Shown here: positions 36,616 to 50,032 of the stretch, one piece after another | Position numbering within the stretch: the stretch's first letter is position 1 | Layout: the number at the start of each line of letters is the position of its first letter | Assembly: GCF_001194135.2 (NCBI RefSeq) | Contig: NC_068988.1 | Coordinates: forward strand, 87,589,395 to 87,653,394 | Origin: Octopus bimaculoides | Taxonomy: Eukaryota | Reading direction: 5' to 3' | Length of the DNA stretch: 64,000 nucleotides | Position numbers and translations under genes: made by a program | Notes under the pieces: generated by a model | Told to the model about the DNA's origin: nothing | What the model saw: the letters and a program-made list of their open reading frames with translations, nothing else | The model's database searches: none

Positions 36616-36818
36616 CTGAAAAGTTCCTGGTTTTATAGGTTTTGCAAAAGACCTGGTTGGAGGCCCAACTTTCCGATTTCTTTTACAGAACTTAGAAAAA
36701 TTGAAGGACTGCTGCAGTGTGTGAATCTGAGAGGAGAATATGTTGAATAAAATCATAATTAACTGATCTTCCTGTATTTTCTTTTATCTAAAACAAGGAA
36801 CTTTCCAGCACCCCTTGT
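36616..36818 (+). mobile_element. Short mariner-derived MITE (left end in a gap)
   Basis: TIR-like 'ctgaaaagttcctgg' / 'aaggaactttccagcacccct'. Encodes the C-terminal remnant 'QCVNLRGEYVE*'. Confidence 0.7.
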
Positions 36819-38522
36819 GTATGTAGGTATGTGTGCGTGTGTATATATATGTATACACACACACACTACAGGCTTCTTTCAGTTTCCAACTATTGAATCC
36901 ACTCATACGGTTTTGGTCAGCCTTGGGCTACAGTAGAAAACACTTGTCCAAGGTGCTACACAGCCACACCTGTACTTGTCTCAAAAACAGATATAAAATG
37001 ACAATAATTGTTGTAAAGAATTTTGCTATTTCTCATATGATCAAAACAAACATTGTGAGCACATCTATATACATGTATTATTTAAGCGTGTGCGTGTGCA
37101 AGGATGTGATGACTACGATAATACTAACCATGCAGTAGCAATTTCATGTGCAATGTTCTCCATGGACCTACGCCCTGAATAAAACTTCCCCTCCTGCCCT
37201 CTTCATGTTTGCCAGACTGATTTGATGTTAGAGACTATTTTAGGTCATTAATGATAGCAATTTGAGACTGTGTTGTGATAATAAAGAGATTTTTAACTTA
37301 AATACACTAATTTGGCATTAAGGAAGGAGATAATAAAAATTATTTTGGCATAAAATAGAGCTTTTTTAACTTTTTCACACACACACACACACATACATAG
37401 GCCTTCACTTATGTTAAGTGCTCACAAAGACAATTAATCCATCGTTTAGCTCTAACAGTCTTTAGATGCATTTGAATGACATTTCTGACAAACTGTTGTT
37501 TATACTTCCCTCCTCAAGAATTATTTTAACCCTAGCCACGACCTCCTTCTGGTGAGAGGAGGTGGAATGGTTATTGTTGCAAAAAACATGAAGACACTGC
37601 AAGTGAGAAATTGAGCTTCAAACTGCTTCTGTTTAGTTTAGACCAGACACATAACAAAGTGCTCATTACTGACTCCTAAGGGTCTACGTGGCTATCCAAG
37701 GGGTTGATAAACACCTAAAACAATTTTGAATATTAACGGTGCTGAATTGTTAGCAAACTGAACCTGGAAGAGCACAGAAATTTAAGAGTAAAACTCGCTA
37801 ATTTCCAGCCACCAGTATTCACCATATGACTGAACTTTTACCGTTCTTTATTTCATTTTCATTAAATTCATAGGTGCAGGCATAGTTGTGTGGTGAGAAA
37901 TTTGTTTCCTAGCCACATGGTTCCAGTTTCACTCCTGCTGCGTGGAAGCTAGGGCTAATGTCTTCTACTATAGCCACAGACTGACCAAACTCTAGTAAGT
38001 GAATTTCGCAGATAGAAACTTTAAGCCCATCATACACACACACACACAGAGGGGATTTGAAAATTTTTTTGGTATTATTTATTCACCATATGAATAAGTA
38101 ATGCTAAAAAATTTTCCTATTTCCTGTTTTGGTATATAATTACTCTGCAAAAATATTTTCCGGTATTTTCAACTCTTTCGCATACATGAAACAAATATAA
38201 CATCTACATGCAGATTTGGAATGCTGCAATGAGCAGATGTGTGTCGAGGACACAGCTTCGATTTTAACCCTATCTACATGATATACACACACACACACAC
38301 ACACACACAAGTATGTATCTATGTGTGTGGTTACTCCCTACCACAGCTTGACAACTAGTGTTAGTTTGTTTATGTTCCTCTAACTTAGCAAAAGAGATCG
38401 ATAGAATAAACACCAGGTTTTAATAAAATAAGCCCTGGGGTTGATTTGTTTGATTAAAACCCTTCAAGGTGGTGCTCCAGCATGGCTGCAATCCAATGGC
38501 TGACACAAGATAAAAAGAGGTG

Positions 38523-38690
38523 ATATTTATCCCCACTTAAACGTGAATGTTCTGAAACTCACGTATTGGTTCTTGGTGCAGAATGCCCTCTTGTTTCGAA
38601 CCAAAAGCCAATAGGAGAGTTTCTCTCATGGTATCTACCGCAGTATAGCTTGTTCTAACAGAACATTTGCGTTTAAGTTGGGATAAATAT
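38523..38690. mobile_element. Unclassified ~168-bp MITE/foldback element
   Basis: 32-bp terminal inverted repeats (atatttatccccacttaaacgtgaatgttctg versus the reverse complement of 38659-38690) with 3 mismatches. Confidence 0.7.
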
Positions 38691-39292
38691 TACCTGTCGG
38701 TATTAATACTGCCTTTGTAGCTGATAAATAAAAGGAATTTCACAGAGGTTAGTACTGAACACTGGTGCGGTCTATGGGGCTATCTGAGGGGTTGATATTC
38801 CAACTATGTCAATATGATATGAATTTTTTTGTTGTTGTTGTTATTCTTTATCAATTTTGTTTAGTATTTTCATTAAATTTCTTTAAATTTTTCTGATTAT
38901 AAAAAAATGCAGTCATTACTGATAAGGACAACAGAATTACTGTTTTAAAACCAAGAAATTTATAATTAAGTATTCTTTTTTAAAATTTTATTTTAGATTT
39001 ACGCAATGGGGGTCGATAAGTTATCAACGATTCCACGAAGTGGGGTCAATGATATAAGAAGTTTGCTGACTCCTGTTGATAAGCAAACAAGGAAATTGAT
39101 ATCACCACTACCATCAACATTTTAATGTCCTCTCTTCTATGCTAGCATCAGCTGGACCGATGTGTTAATACACAACATCCTTACTGTACTTCTGCCGAAA
39201 TGTATTGTCCTTGCTCCAATAAATTTTGGAAATAACAAAAGATTTAGTAAAATAACTTTGTCGTTATTAAACTGGAGTTTGAAATATAAATA

Positions 39293-40288
39293 CAGTTATC
39301 ACTCGCCATATCGTGGTTCACTTATCGTGCCCTCAATACATAGCGGACTTTTCAGGCTAATATATGTAAATTTATATTGCGGACACCTCAGTATATCATG
39401 GGTTTCTGCGGCCGATAGATATTTATATTTTTTTAGATTTCAATTATTTCTGTGGTAAAATAAGCATTTTCACACCTAAAAATTAATAAATAAAAGTACA
39501 GTAGAGTACTGTACTGTATAACACATTAATCAAAATATATTAAAAGAGAATATGTAGTGCATCATAGACGAGTAAACAACGAATTGCACATGGAAAACGA
39601 AACTTGGGAGGAGGCAAGTGTGTGATGTTGTTTTGCATTCATCATCATCATCATCATCGTTTAATGTCCGCTTCCCATGCTAGCATGGGTTGGACGATTT
39701 GACTGAGGACTGGTGAACCAGATGGCTACACCAGGCTCCAGTCTGCTCTGGCTGAGTTTCTACAGCTGGATGCCCTTCCTAACACTAACCACTCTGAGAG
39801 TGTAGTGGGTGCTTTTACGTGCCACCGGCACGAAGGCCCGTCAGGTGGTACTGGCAACAGCCACGCTCAAAATGGTGTATTTTATGTGCCACCTGCACAG
39901 GAGCCAGTCCAGCGGCACAATAATAAGATATATACAAATAATAAAAATAAATAAAAAAATTTACAGTACAGCACTATTTCTACTTTATGGATTTTCACCT
40001 AATGCAGGGGGTTAGGGTTAGGGGACGTAACACCTGCGATAGACAAGGGATTACTGTATATAGTAATCCCTCGACTACAGTGGGTATTAGAATCCAAAAC
40101 CTCCCATAGAAATAATTAAAATCTCAAAAAATATAGATACCTATTGGCTGCAGAAACCTGCGATATACCGAGGAGTCCATGATATGAATTTACATATATT
40201 AGCTTGAAATATTACAGAGTGCGCAATAGGTGAATTGCAAGGTACTGAGTGTGTGATGGGTGAACCGCGATATGGCGAGGTATTACTG
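39293..40288. mobile_element. Two pogo/Tigger-type MITEs in inverted orientation (39293-40056 and 40061-40288); the first carries a family C SINE
   Basis: TA|cagttatcactcgccatatcgtgg ... gggattactg|TATA|tagtaatccctcgac ... ccgcgatatggcgaggtattactg|TA. Region ~39293-39445 mirrors ~40110-40288. Confidence 0.7.
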
Positions 40289-40298
40289 TACATGAAAT

Positions 40299-40777
40299 TT
40301 AACCCTTTAGCATTTAAACCAGTCACATCTGGCCAAAATATTCTATTTTTGTTTCATGTTCAAACTAGTCAAATACAGTCTCTTACATCTAACCTATAAT
40401 GTCATACAAAAAAGTACACAATCCCATAATCAAAATTTCAAACCTGCAAGATAATGCACGGTTAATTCCGAACAATGTGAATAAAAAAAGCAATACATTT
40501 GACAAACTAATCTGAATGCTAAAAGGGTTAAGGTGTTAATTTAGATCACTTTAACCATTTAGTGTTTAGATTACTCTGTCAAATGTAATGCTTATTTATT
40601 CATACTGCTTTCAAATTAATCATGTTTTATCTCAGCGTTGAGATTTCAATGATGTGATTGCTTATTTTTAAAGTAACATTGTAGGGTAGGTGTGAGAAGC
40701 AGGATCTGGTTGGTTTGAACAGAAAACAAGTAGACTATTCAGGACGGATACGGCTGGTTGAAATGCCAAAGGGTTAA
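40299..40777. mobile_element. Two piggyBac-type MITEs in inverted orientation (40299-40531 and 40551-40777)
   Basis: Each has ttaaccc/cattt...aaagggttaa termini with TTAA, and the internal sequences are mutually reverse-complementary. Further copies at ~41540-41736, 43084-43310, 56899-57120 and 57372-57588. Confidence 0.8.
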
Positions 40778-43700
40778 AACAGGAAGTTTTTATAATAGAA
40801 CCAAGGGCAGCTTTGGGTATGTTGGTATCAAAAGGGCTAATGTAACTCAGCACTTTCTCTTCTTTTGACTCCAATGATTTCTATCAAGCTCCCTGTCCAT
40901 TTACATGCAATCACCACCATTGTTGCTGTGTAATACTCAACCATAACCACCACCATCACCACAATTAATATTTTTACCCTTAGTTCAAAATATACTCAAT
41001 TCCCCCAAAACATCTTTAGTCTTTAATCTACACACATTAAAGAGATGTTCTTGCAGCACAACATCTGTCTCTACACATGAACATGGAAGTATAACTTCTC
41101 AAAGTCATTATGAATGCCAAATTGCTCCAAGCAAGTATGGGTTAGACAGGTCGACAGGATCTGATGAGCCTGAGGATTGCATTATACTCCAATATCTGCT
41201 TTGGCATGCTTTCTATGACTGAATGCTCTTCCTAATGCCAACCACTTTACCGAGTGTACTGGGTACATCTTCATGCCAGCAGCATTAGTGAGATGCCATG
41301 CAGCTTGCAAGACTATGACCTCCAAATGGGGGGTGGAGCTTCATGCTAGATGAAGCATAAAGGGGGTGATGTTACCGTATGAGTAAAGAACACGTTAACA
41401 AAGACATTCAAGCCATGACCATTCCACTTTTTTGCATATGATCAAAAATTGTCAAAGTGTAGTACAACAGTTTTGCTATGGAATGGCGAAACTATTTTTT
41501 TTGTTTTCTGAAAAAGCAACATTTTGGACTCTTGCATAATAGCAACGAAATGTAATGCTTATTCATTTACACTATTTTGGATTTGTCATGCATTATCCTG
41601 TACTTAAAGATTCCAATGGTGTGTTTGTATATAGTTCAAATGACATTGTAGGGTAGGTTTGAGACATTGAATCTGGTCAGTAAAACAGGCAGAATATTTG
41701 GGCTGGACATGGCCAGATTAAATGCTAAAGAGTTAAACTTCACCCCACTGTCTTAAAATGGATCAATATACCTGGTAAGAGACACCTGCTAAGAAGACCG
41801 GATGGTTCAAAGTTGGAATGCTGTTTGGTAAAATGGTAAAATTCCTAGGGGTGAATATTGGTAAAGGAGAGGGACTGGAGTGTGACCAGTGGTTTGTTAG
41901 GTAGAAGACAAGAATGAAATATGCCAGATGTCATTTGGTTGAGAGATAGTCTGGTATTTTGGACCATGTCAGAATGTTACAGTGTTTTCACCAAGATGGA
42001 ATGTAAATTCAAAATACTGTATACACATGCATATGTGTGTGCATGTGTGTGTGTATTTACATCTATTTTTCCATGCTAGCAAGGGTTAGATGAATATAGT
42101 ATTGAATCACTGTTTTACAATCAAATGCCATTCTTGTTGCCAACCCTAACCTGTTTTCCAATCCAGATAGTATTTCTCTATGGCCAGACATGTTTCTGCA
42201 GAAGATTGGAAATGAATGAGACAGTTTATAGGACAGAGACATACATTTACAATTATCACACGATGTCAAGACAAGGACACACATGTGTGCGCGCATGCAC
42301 ACACACACATACAAGCTTGTAAAAGAAATATAAGTACTTTATGTATGCATGCATAAATGTGTGTGGGTGAGAGAGAGAAGATGCACATCATTATTTTACA
42401 TCTATTTTTTCCATTACGGTACAAGTTGCACTGTCTGTTGCAGCCCTTATCTATTTGATGAACACAGCAAAGAAAAAAAAACCGACCATCTGTTGATGTT
42501 GAGTATGTGTGCTATTGTACACACATACATGTATATATTCGCATGTATGAAGACAAATGTAGGCACATTTGTGAGTGAATGTCATTGCGCCATATGTTAT
42601 ACATATACAGTTATCAGTTGAAGTAAACAAGACATGCAGTGACTTCCACCCCCATCATGCCACACTACTCTCCTCCTCTCACAGAAAGACAGAAAAAAAC
42701 ACCAATGTGAAAGGGGGAGGATGACTGTCATCCCCCACCCCACCCTACCCAACAAAACAGGTGGTGGGGGATGGAAGTGGTAGAGTGGAGGCAATGTAGG
42801 CAATTATAGCAGCAAGTAAATATCGTTATCTAAACCCCAACACTCCTCTAAGCATGAACAGTATGCAATCAGAAAGCTCAAAATTGCTACAAACGCTACG
42901 CTGTGCCATCACTTGGCATCCCTTGGTGTGAACATACATTATCAAAATAGCAAGGACTTCATCACATAACCCTGGCCTTACCCTCTCTCATCAGAGCCAG
43001 ACTATAGTCCAGCATCCAGCAACTGCTCTTAACCATCTACAAAACTCTGGTGAGACCCATCCACAATGTTCTGGAGGTTCTGATTAACCCTTTGACATTC
43101 ACATTAATTTACCAAATGTAATGCTTTTATATCCACCCCACTTTTCAAAAATTAATCATGTAGCATCTTGTATCTTCAAAATTTTGAAGATGTAATTGTT
43201 TGTATTTAGAACAACATTGTAGGGGAGATGTAAGAGGCTGGATCTGACCAGTTTCAACATAAAACCGGTAGAATATCTGGGCCAGATATACCCGGTTTAA
43301 ATCTAATTAAACCCTTTCGCATTCCAAATACTATGTCAAATGTAATGGTTATATTAATTCATATTATTTTGAATTTTTTTTGTTTTTTTTTCAATATGTA
43401 AAATATTATTTTAGCCACAACATCTTTTGTATATTTTAACTTCATTTGTTTATCTTTTGTTTCAGCCATTAGACTGTGGTCATGCTGGGGCACTGCCTTG
43501 AAGAATTTCAGTCACATTAATCGACTCCACTACATTTTTTTTTAAAGCCTAGTACTTATTCTATTGGTCTCTTTCGCTGAATTGCTAAGTTACAGAGAAG
43601 CAAACACACCAACACATTTTCAAGTGGTGGTGGAGAGGACAAACACTAAAACACACAAAAACCCATATATATATGCATGTATATATATATGTGTGTGTGT

Positions 43701-43799
43701 GTGTGTATGTGTGTGTGTGTATATATACACACAGACACACTTTATTTTATCAACACCCTGAAAGGATGAAAGGCAAAGCCGACCAATATGGAATTTGAA

Positions 43800-44165
43800 T
43801 TCAGGTATGGCTGTGTGGTGAAGAGGGCTTCCTTCACAACCACATGGTTGTGGCACCTTGGGCATGTGTCTTCTACTATTGTCTTGGGCCGACCAAAATC
43901 TTGTCAGTAGGTTGGTAAATGGAAACTGAAAGAAGCCTATCATATATGTGTGTGTGCCTGTGTTTTTCCTCCCACTGCCACTTGACTTTTGGTTTGTTTA
44001 CATCCCTGTAAATCATTGGTTTGGCAATAACAGACCAATAGATTAAGAACCAATCTGAAAAAAACAAAAAAACACAAAAGTACTGGGGTCGTTTCATTCA
44101 ACTAAAACTTCTTCAAAGCGGTGCCCCAGCATGGCTGCAGTCTAATGACTGAAGCAGATAAAAGA
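43800..44165 (+). mobile_element. Older family B SINE just inside intron 1
   Basis: Head 'ggtatggctgtgtgg', CORE-like 'gcaccttgggcatgtgtcttc', and 3' module 'gccccagcatggctgcagtctaatgactgaa'. A similar copy lies at 54055-54425. Confidence 0.75.
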
Positions 44166-44291
44166 CAAAATATAATTTAAAGAACTAGAAGAAATATCAC
44201 TGAACTCAGCCAGCTTGTTGCTTTCCTTGTGAGTAAAATAATAAAAAAAAAAAGAAAGGAAAGAAAAAATTATAAAATAACAAAAACCAAC

Positions 44292-44390
44292 CAGAATAAA
44301 AACATTGTAACAATGAAGAACATTGCGTAAACAGACGGTACAACGATCTTGGTCATCAGTCTGTCGGATTCGAGTTTTGCTATCATCCAT
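44292..44390 (-). CDS. Tetraspanin coding exon 1 (MDDSKTRIRQTDDQDRCTVCLRNVLHCYNVFIL); the exon extends upstream to an acceptor at 44430
   Basis: 'CTVCLRNVLHCYN' aligns with human CD151 'CGTVCLKYLLFTYN'. The phase-0 donor GTTGGT joins exon 2 in frame. Strong acceptor ctttcttttctgtgtctttccAG; exon starts at 44429. Confidence 0.88.
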
Positions 44391-44644
44391 ATGATTCTCT
44401 TCAACAGTTGATGCTTGCTTCTTGAGAGACTGGAAAGACACAGAAAAGAAAGGATATATTAGTGAAGGTGAAGTACACAAGAGCATTTTACAGAAATATA
44501 TGTGTGTTTGTCATACTGTTTGGTGGTTTTTTAGTTCCAGATAGTTCCTGAACAAGCAAACCTAAAATCAAAGTTGTTCCAATTCTGACCATCCCAAGAA
44601 AGAATACATTAAATGGGTGAAATACACAAGGGCATTATACAGAA

Positions 44645-44675
<31 letters not shown>

Positions 44676-46701
44676 NNNNNNNNNNNNNNNNNNNNNNNNN
44701 NNNNNNNNNNNNNNNNNNNNNNNNNNNNNNNNNTGGTGGTTGTTTAGTTCCAGATAGTTCCTGAACAAGCAAACCTAAAATCAAAGTTGTTCCAATTCTG
44801 ACCATCCCATCTTTTTTTTTTTTTTGTAGACATTGTAAGACTACATTATGAGATGTTTACTTCAACTCTTTTGGAGGAGATTTGGCTGCTACTTTTAGCA
44901 AATAGGAGGACCATGCAAGGCTTCTATGATGCTTAACTAGTGTTTGAATATGGTGTTTTTCTATACATGTGGTTGGTGGGTGCATATGTGGCTCTATGAA
45001 GTGATTGTATGTATGGGGTGAATGTGTGGCTTTGTGGATACATATCTTTAAATAGAGAGTTGGTATGTATTAAACATATGGTTGTATAAATGTTTGTATG
45101 TGTGTATATGTGTGTGTGTGTATGCATGTTAATAGGAATGCATACAAATATGTTTCACTATGTTTATTTTAACTTTAGGCGCTTCTTGTTTAAACAAACT
45201 GGTTAGCCTGCATTGATAGAATGACAAAGTCAGTGAAAGATATAATTCCTCAAGGATAGGAAGAAATCTATCCAGATTTACTTTCACACACACACACACA
45301 CAGGATCTGCATAAAGGAATAAAAACTACAAAAAGTAAAAAGAAATATAAAACATTCATCATTATAGCAGATTTGAACATGAAATCTTTGGGTTTGGTGC
45401 AGATTAACAGCTGAATGCTGAGGGAAAGAGAGTTTACAGGAGTGGAAATGAAAGAAAGATGGAAGACAAGTGTTAATTTTGAATAAATCCATGAGGCCCA
45501 TTAGACTAGAGTGGTTTTTACTGGTGGAGAATAACAAACAAGAGCATCAACAATGATGACAAATCACTGATATTTGGTAGGGAAAAATAAAAATTCTAAG
45601 AAGAAATGGAAGACAGAGGATTTTTTAAAATCGAATACCAACTTTGAACTATGTTTTGGAACCATCTTTAGAACTGACTGTACAAATGCTGTAGCACAAA
45701 TTGTTGTCATTGATGTTATATAGTTCCATAGCAGCACCAATCCAACAGAACTATCATAAAAAAGGTTGTGGTTGTCACCATCCCAGACCTGTCCCCCAGA
45801 AGTATTGGGGCAGGCATGACTGTAATCAAGAAGCTTGCTTTGGAACCACCCGATTTGGAGTTCAATGCCACCACGTGGCCTCTTGGACAAGTATCTTCTA
45901 CTGTAAGCCCTGGGCTGACCAATGCTTTGAGTGAATTTGAAAGACGGAAACAGTGATTCATAATTTAAAGGAGGAAATTTGTGAACTTTGAATGTATAAA
46001 GAGTATAAACAAGTGTAAAATAGTGTAAACAACTAAAATAAAAATATATCTAAATAACATTTTTTTCTTAATACTTTTTACGTAGTGGTCGAAGGAAGCT
46101 CTGGCTTTCGTTAGGCGTGGTCCACATAACCATTCATGATACAGAGGCTGGGAGCTTCTGTATCGGTTCGGGAATGAATCGCCATCACATCACTTAGTTG
46201 CAAACACGTTATATAGCTGCAACAGAATGCTGCATCACCAACAATAACATGATTTCTCTAAGACACCACCCAGTAATCTATCAAGTCCATTTACACATTT
46301 CTCAATACATACTGCTGTTATAACTTCCCTCACTCATAGATTTGCTAGTAAGAACTAATATGTACTTGTGTTTGTCTTAATTATCCCATATATATATATA
46401 TATATATATATGGGATTTCACTATATATAGTGAATTCGATTCCCCAAATGGGCTGTATGTTGTGTTCTTGAGCAAGACACTTTATTTCACATTGCTCCAG
46501 TTCACTCAGCAGTAGAAATGAGTTGCTGGTGCCTTCTCCTTGGATAACATCAGTGGAGTGAAGAGGGGAGGCTGATATGCATGGGCGACTGCTGGTCCTC
46601 CATAAACAACCTTGCCTAAGCTTGTGCCTCAGAAGTGGAACTTTCTCAGTGCAACTTCATGGTCATTCATGATTGAAAGGGTCTTTACTCTTTACCCTTT
46701 A

Positions 46702-46739
<38 letters not shown>

Positions 46740-47749
46740 NNNNNNNNNNTGTCACCCTGTTTGACAACTGGTGATGGTTCGCTCACATCTCAGGTCCATA
46801 GTGGTTTGGCAAAAGAAACCAATAGAATAAGTACCAGGCTTTAAAAAAAATAAAAAGTACTAGGGCTCTTTGGTTCAACTAAACCTTTCAAGATGGTGCC
46901 CCAGCAGGGCCACAGACCAGTGACTGAAACGATCAAAAGATAAAAGTGTCTTTTCTTTTTTAAGATGATAGTATGTGATTTGCTTCTAGTATGTTGAATT
47001 ATTAAGCTGAGTCATAGAAGTGGAATTGTTATTGTTGTTCAGACCGAGGTCAGCCCTAAACAGTCGTGTTCTCGATACCTTATTTCTTCTATTCAGACCA
47101 AGTGTACCTAGGACTACATCATCCGACAGAAACACTGACCAAATGCTTCATGGTACAGGTCAAATCTATTTGACCAGATTCTGGCCCAGGGTCAACAAAC
47201 TTTGAACCAAAGAGGGGAGCCTCTACAACAAGTGTGGGCAACCTCTTTCAAGAAGCAGGCGGCACAAGACATATAGTCCATTATAAGGCAGGCCACACCA
47301 CTAAAACTATAAGGCAGGCCACACCACTAAAACTAAGTCATGGCAATTTTCCAATGGCATGTCATACATAATGTCCTGTAGGTTGCAATCTGCACAAGAG
47401 GGAGCATCTACAAGGCCACTTGTAGAGATTACTGACCAAATCTTACTCAAAATCACATCAATGTTTTACATCCATTTTTTTAGATTCTGCCGGGGTTGAC
47501 TTTGCCTTTCATCCTTTTGGAGATGACAAAATAAGTAGTAGGAGTTGATGTAATTGATCTACCTGCTCATCTGAAATTGCTGGCCTTATACCAAAATTTG
47601 AAATCAATATATTTTACATCCATTTCCCATACTAGTTTGGGTTGGAAAGGATCGTCCAAATCCAAATCAGTTCTTATTCAAAATATTTCCCTTTTAGAGA
47701 GGTCGTAGGAGCAAGCAGTGTACGTTGTATGGGGGGGGGTGAGACTTAC

Positions 47750-47767
47750 CCTGGCTAAAGTGTGCAT
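47750..47767 (-). CDS. Candidate upstream coding mini-segment (MHTLAR) of the tetraspanin
   Basis: aaacATG CAC ACT TTA GCC AGG|GTAAGT is a consensus donor in phase 0, in frame with the 13 open codons upstream of the ATG at 44390. No transcript support. Confidence 0.35.
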
Positions 47768-49607
47768 GTTTACATGTAGGAATGGTCGGTGGGGAGACAG
47801 GGGGCAGCAACAGCAACAGCAGCAGCCATAAAATATTCATAAGAAATAATAACGATAAAAATATCTGATGCAATTAAGGGGGGAAATAATAATAATAATG
47901 CTATATGGTTTTGTTTTTTTTTTGAAAACTGATTCACGCAACATGACTGGCATGTTCAAGTGGAGATACTCTGCTCTAGACAAGTAGCTCCTTGCTCTAA
48001 TTGTTCCTAATCTGTACCACGACACCACCACCACCACCATGCAAGATCAACTGACTGAGCCTGACCAACCGGCTGAACAACAACCACCAGCATCACAACT
48101 ACTACTACTATCACCACCACCACCACCACCACCACTACTACCACTATTACTACAAATTATCAAATAACAATCTACAGTTTCCCTAGCACAACTAACCTAC
48201 ATTATCACAAACACTACAATACTACCACAGGGAATATTACAACCCTTACCACCACCACCACCATCTAGACTATCACAGCTGCTTACTCTACCACTACCAC
48301 CATCACTGCTTCCACTTAAACTGTTGCAACTATTATAATACTGCTACCACCATCACCACCACCGACAACACTATGCTGTCTAAATTATCCCCTCTTTAAT
48401 CAATAGGTTTCAACTTATAGAGATTACCTTACTTGACCTCTCTCTCAGATGACCCAACAATGCCAGTCACCACCATCAACACTAAAAACAAGGCACTGCT
48501 ATCAATCTATGTGTATGTGTGAATGTGCAAACCACTAATAAAGAAACCCTAAGCAAACTATTTGGAAAGGAAACTGTGTATGCATGCAAGTGTATTTCCA
48601 AGATTTTGTCAACAAAATCCAGCCACAGGAATAGCACATCGACTAAAGTGTGTGACTGAAAGCTAAAACAGAAACACATACGGACAAAAACAAACACACT
48701 ATTATACATACACACACAAACAATGTACTTTTGTGATGCTATATTTTATATTATGTGGAGTGGGCATTTGTGCTGTGACAATGTGATATTTCCAATTGCA
48801 TACGTGCTTGTTTGAATGTATGTGTGTGCGTGCTCCTCTGTATGTCAATCATTCTTTTAATGTCTATTTTTCTATGCATGCATGGATCAGACTGAACTTA
48901 TTGTGGCAGGGTTTTCTGCAGTCAGATAGATGTCCTTCTTGTCATGTATTGAACTCCTAATGAATATAAAACAAATATTGTATATTTGTTTTCATGCCGG
49001 TGGCACGTAAGAGCACCCACTACACTCTCAGAGTGGTTGGCGTTGGGAAGGGCATCCAGCTGTAGAAACTCTGCCAAATCAGATTGGAGCCTAGTGTAAC
49101 CATCTGGTTTGCCAGTCCTCAGTCAAATCGTCCAACCCATGCTAGCATGGAAGGCAGGCGTTAAACGATGATGATGATGATGATGAATTAAAAACCACCA
49201 GTCACATGGCATGTATGAGTTTTATGTGGACTCATCCATTTTTTTCTTATATAACATTGCAATTAAAATAAACAGGGACACGCAATTCCATCACTACAGG
49301 ATCACGGCTGATGTTACCCTTTCTCATATGTTCTGTTTGCTTTGCTTCTACTAAGGCGAGACTGAAATTCGCAGTTTACAGCTATTTGATCCTTGTTCCT
49401 ATGCCTGTGCTTATGAAAAAAACAAATCTTTAGATATGCCCACCACCAGAATTTGTACAACACAGATAGGAAGAGGCTCCTTGCAGTTATACTAGGCAAG
49501 GATACGGAGCAGGGGTACCCAATCCCTATGCCTGCTATAGAGGCTTTCTCACTTTCAAGCAAGGTAATATCTCCCTAGGGTCAGACATGCTGTTGCAGAA
49601 TATTGGT

Positions 49608-49809
49608 TTCAAATGTTGGCACAAGGCCAGCAATTTCAGAGAAAGGGAGAAAGCTAATTACATTGACCCCAGTGCTTAACTGATATTTATTTAATCGACT
49701 CCCAAATGGATAAGAAGCAAAGTCAACCTTGGCTGACTTTGAATTCAGAATGCAAAGATGAACAAAATGCTGCTAAACATGGTAACCTTTCTGCCAGTTT
49801 GTCACCTTC

Positions 49810-49843
<34 letters not shown>

Positions 49844-50032
49844 TAATAATAATAATCCTTTCTGCTATAGGCACAAGACCTAAATATTAGGGGATGGGGA
49901 CAATCGATTACATTGACCCCCAGTCTTCAACTGGTACTTATTTTATCGACCCCGAATGGATGAATGGCAAAGCTGACTTCAGCAGAATTTGAACTCAGAA
50001 TGTGAAGATGGATGAAATGCCGCTAAGCATTT
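49608..50032 (-). mobile_element. Two tandem copies of SINE family D
   Basis: Shared plus-strand core 'tacattgaccccag...ggtacttattttatcgac...aaaggcaaag...atttgaactcagaa...gctaagcatt'. Other copies at ~5940-6370, 17000-17200 and 62410-62840. Confidence 0.75.

Noticed and set aside
44467-44808. Local duplication just upstream of exon 1
   Set aside because: The second copy straddles a gap and is nearly identical over its last ~75 bp. It may be an artefact or an unmerged allele; this cannot be resolved here.
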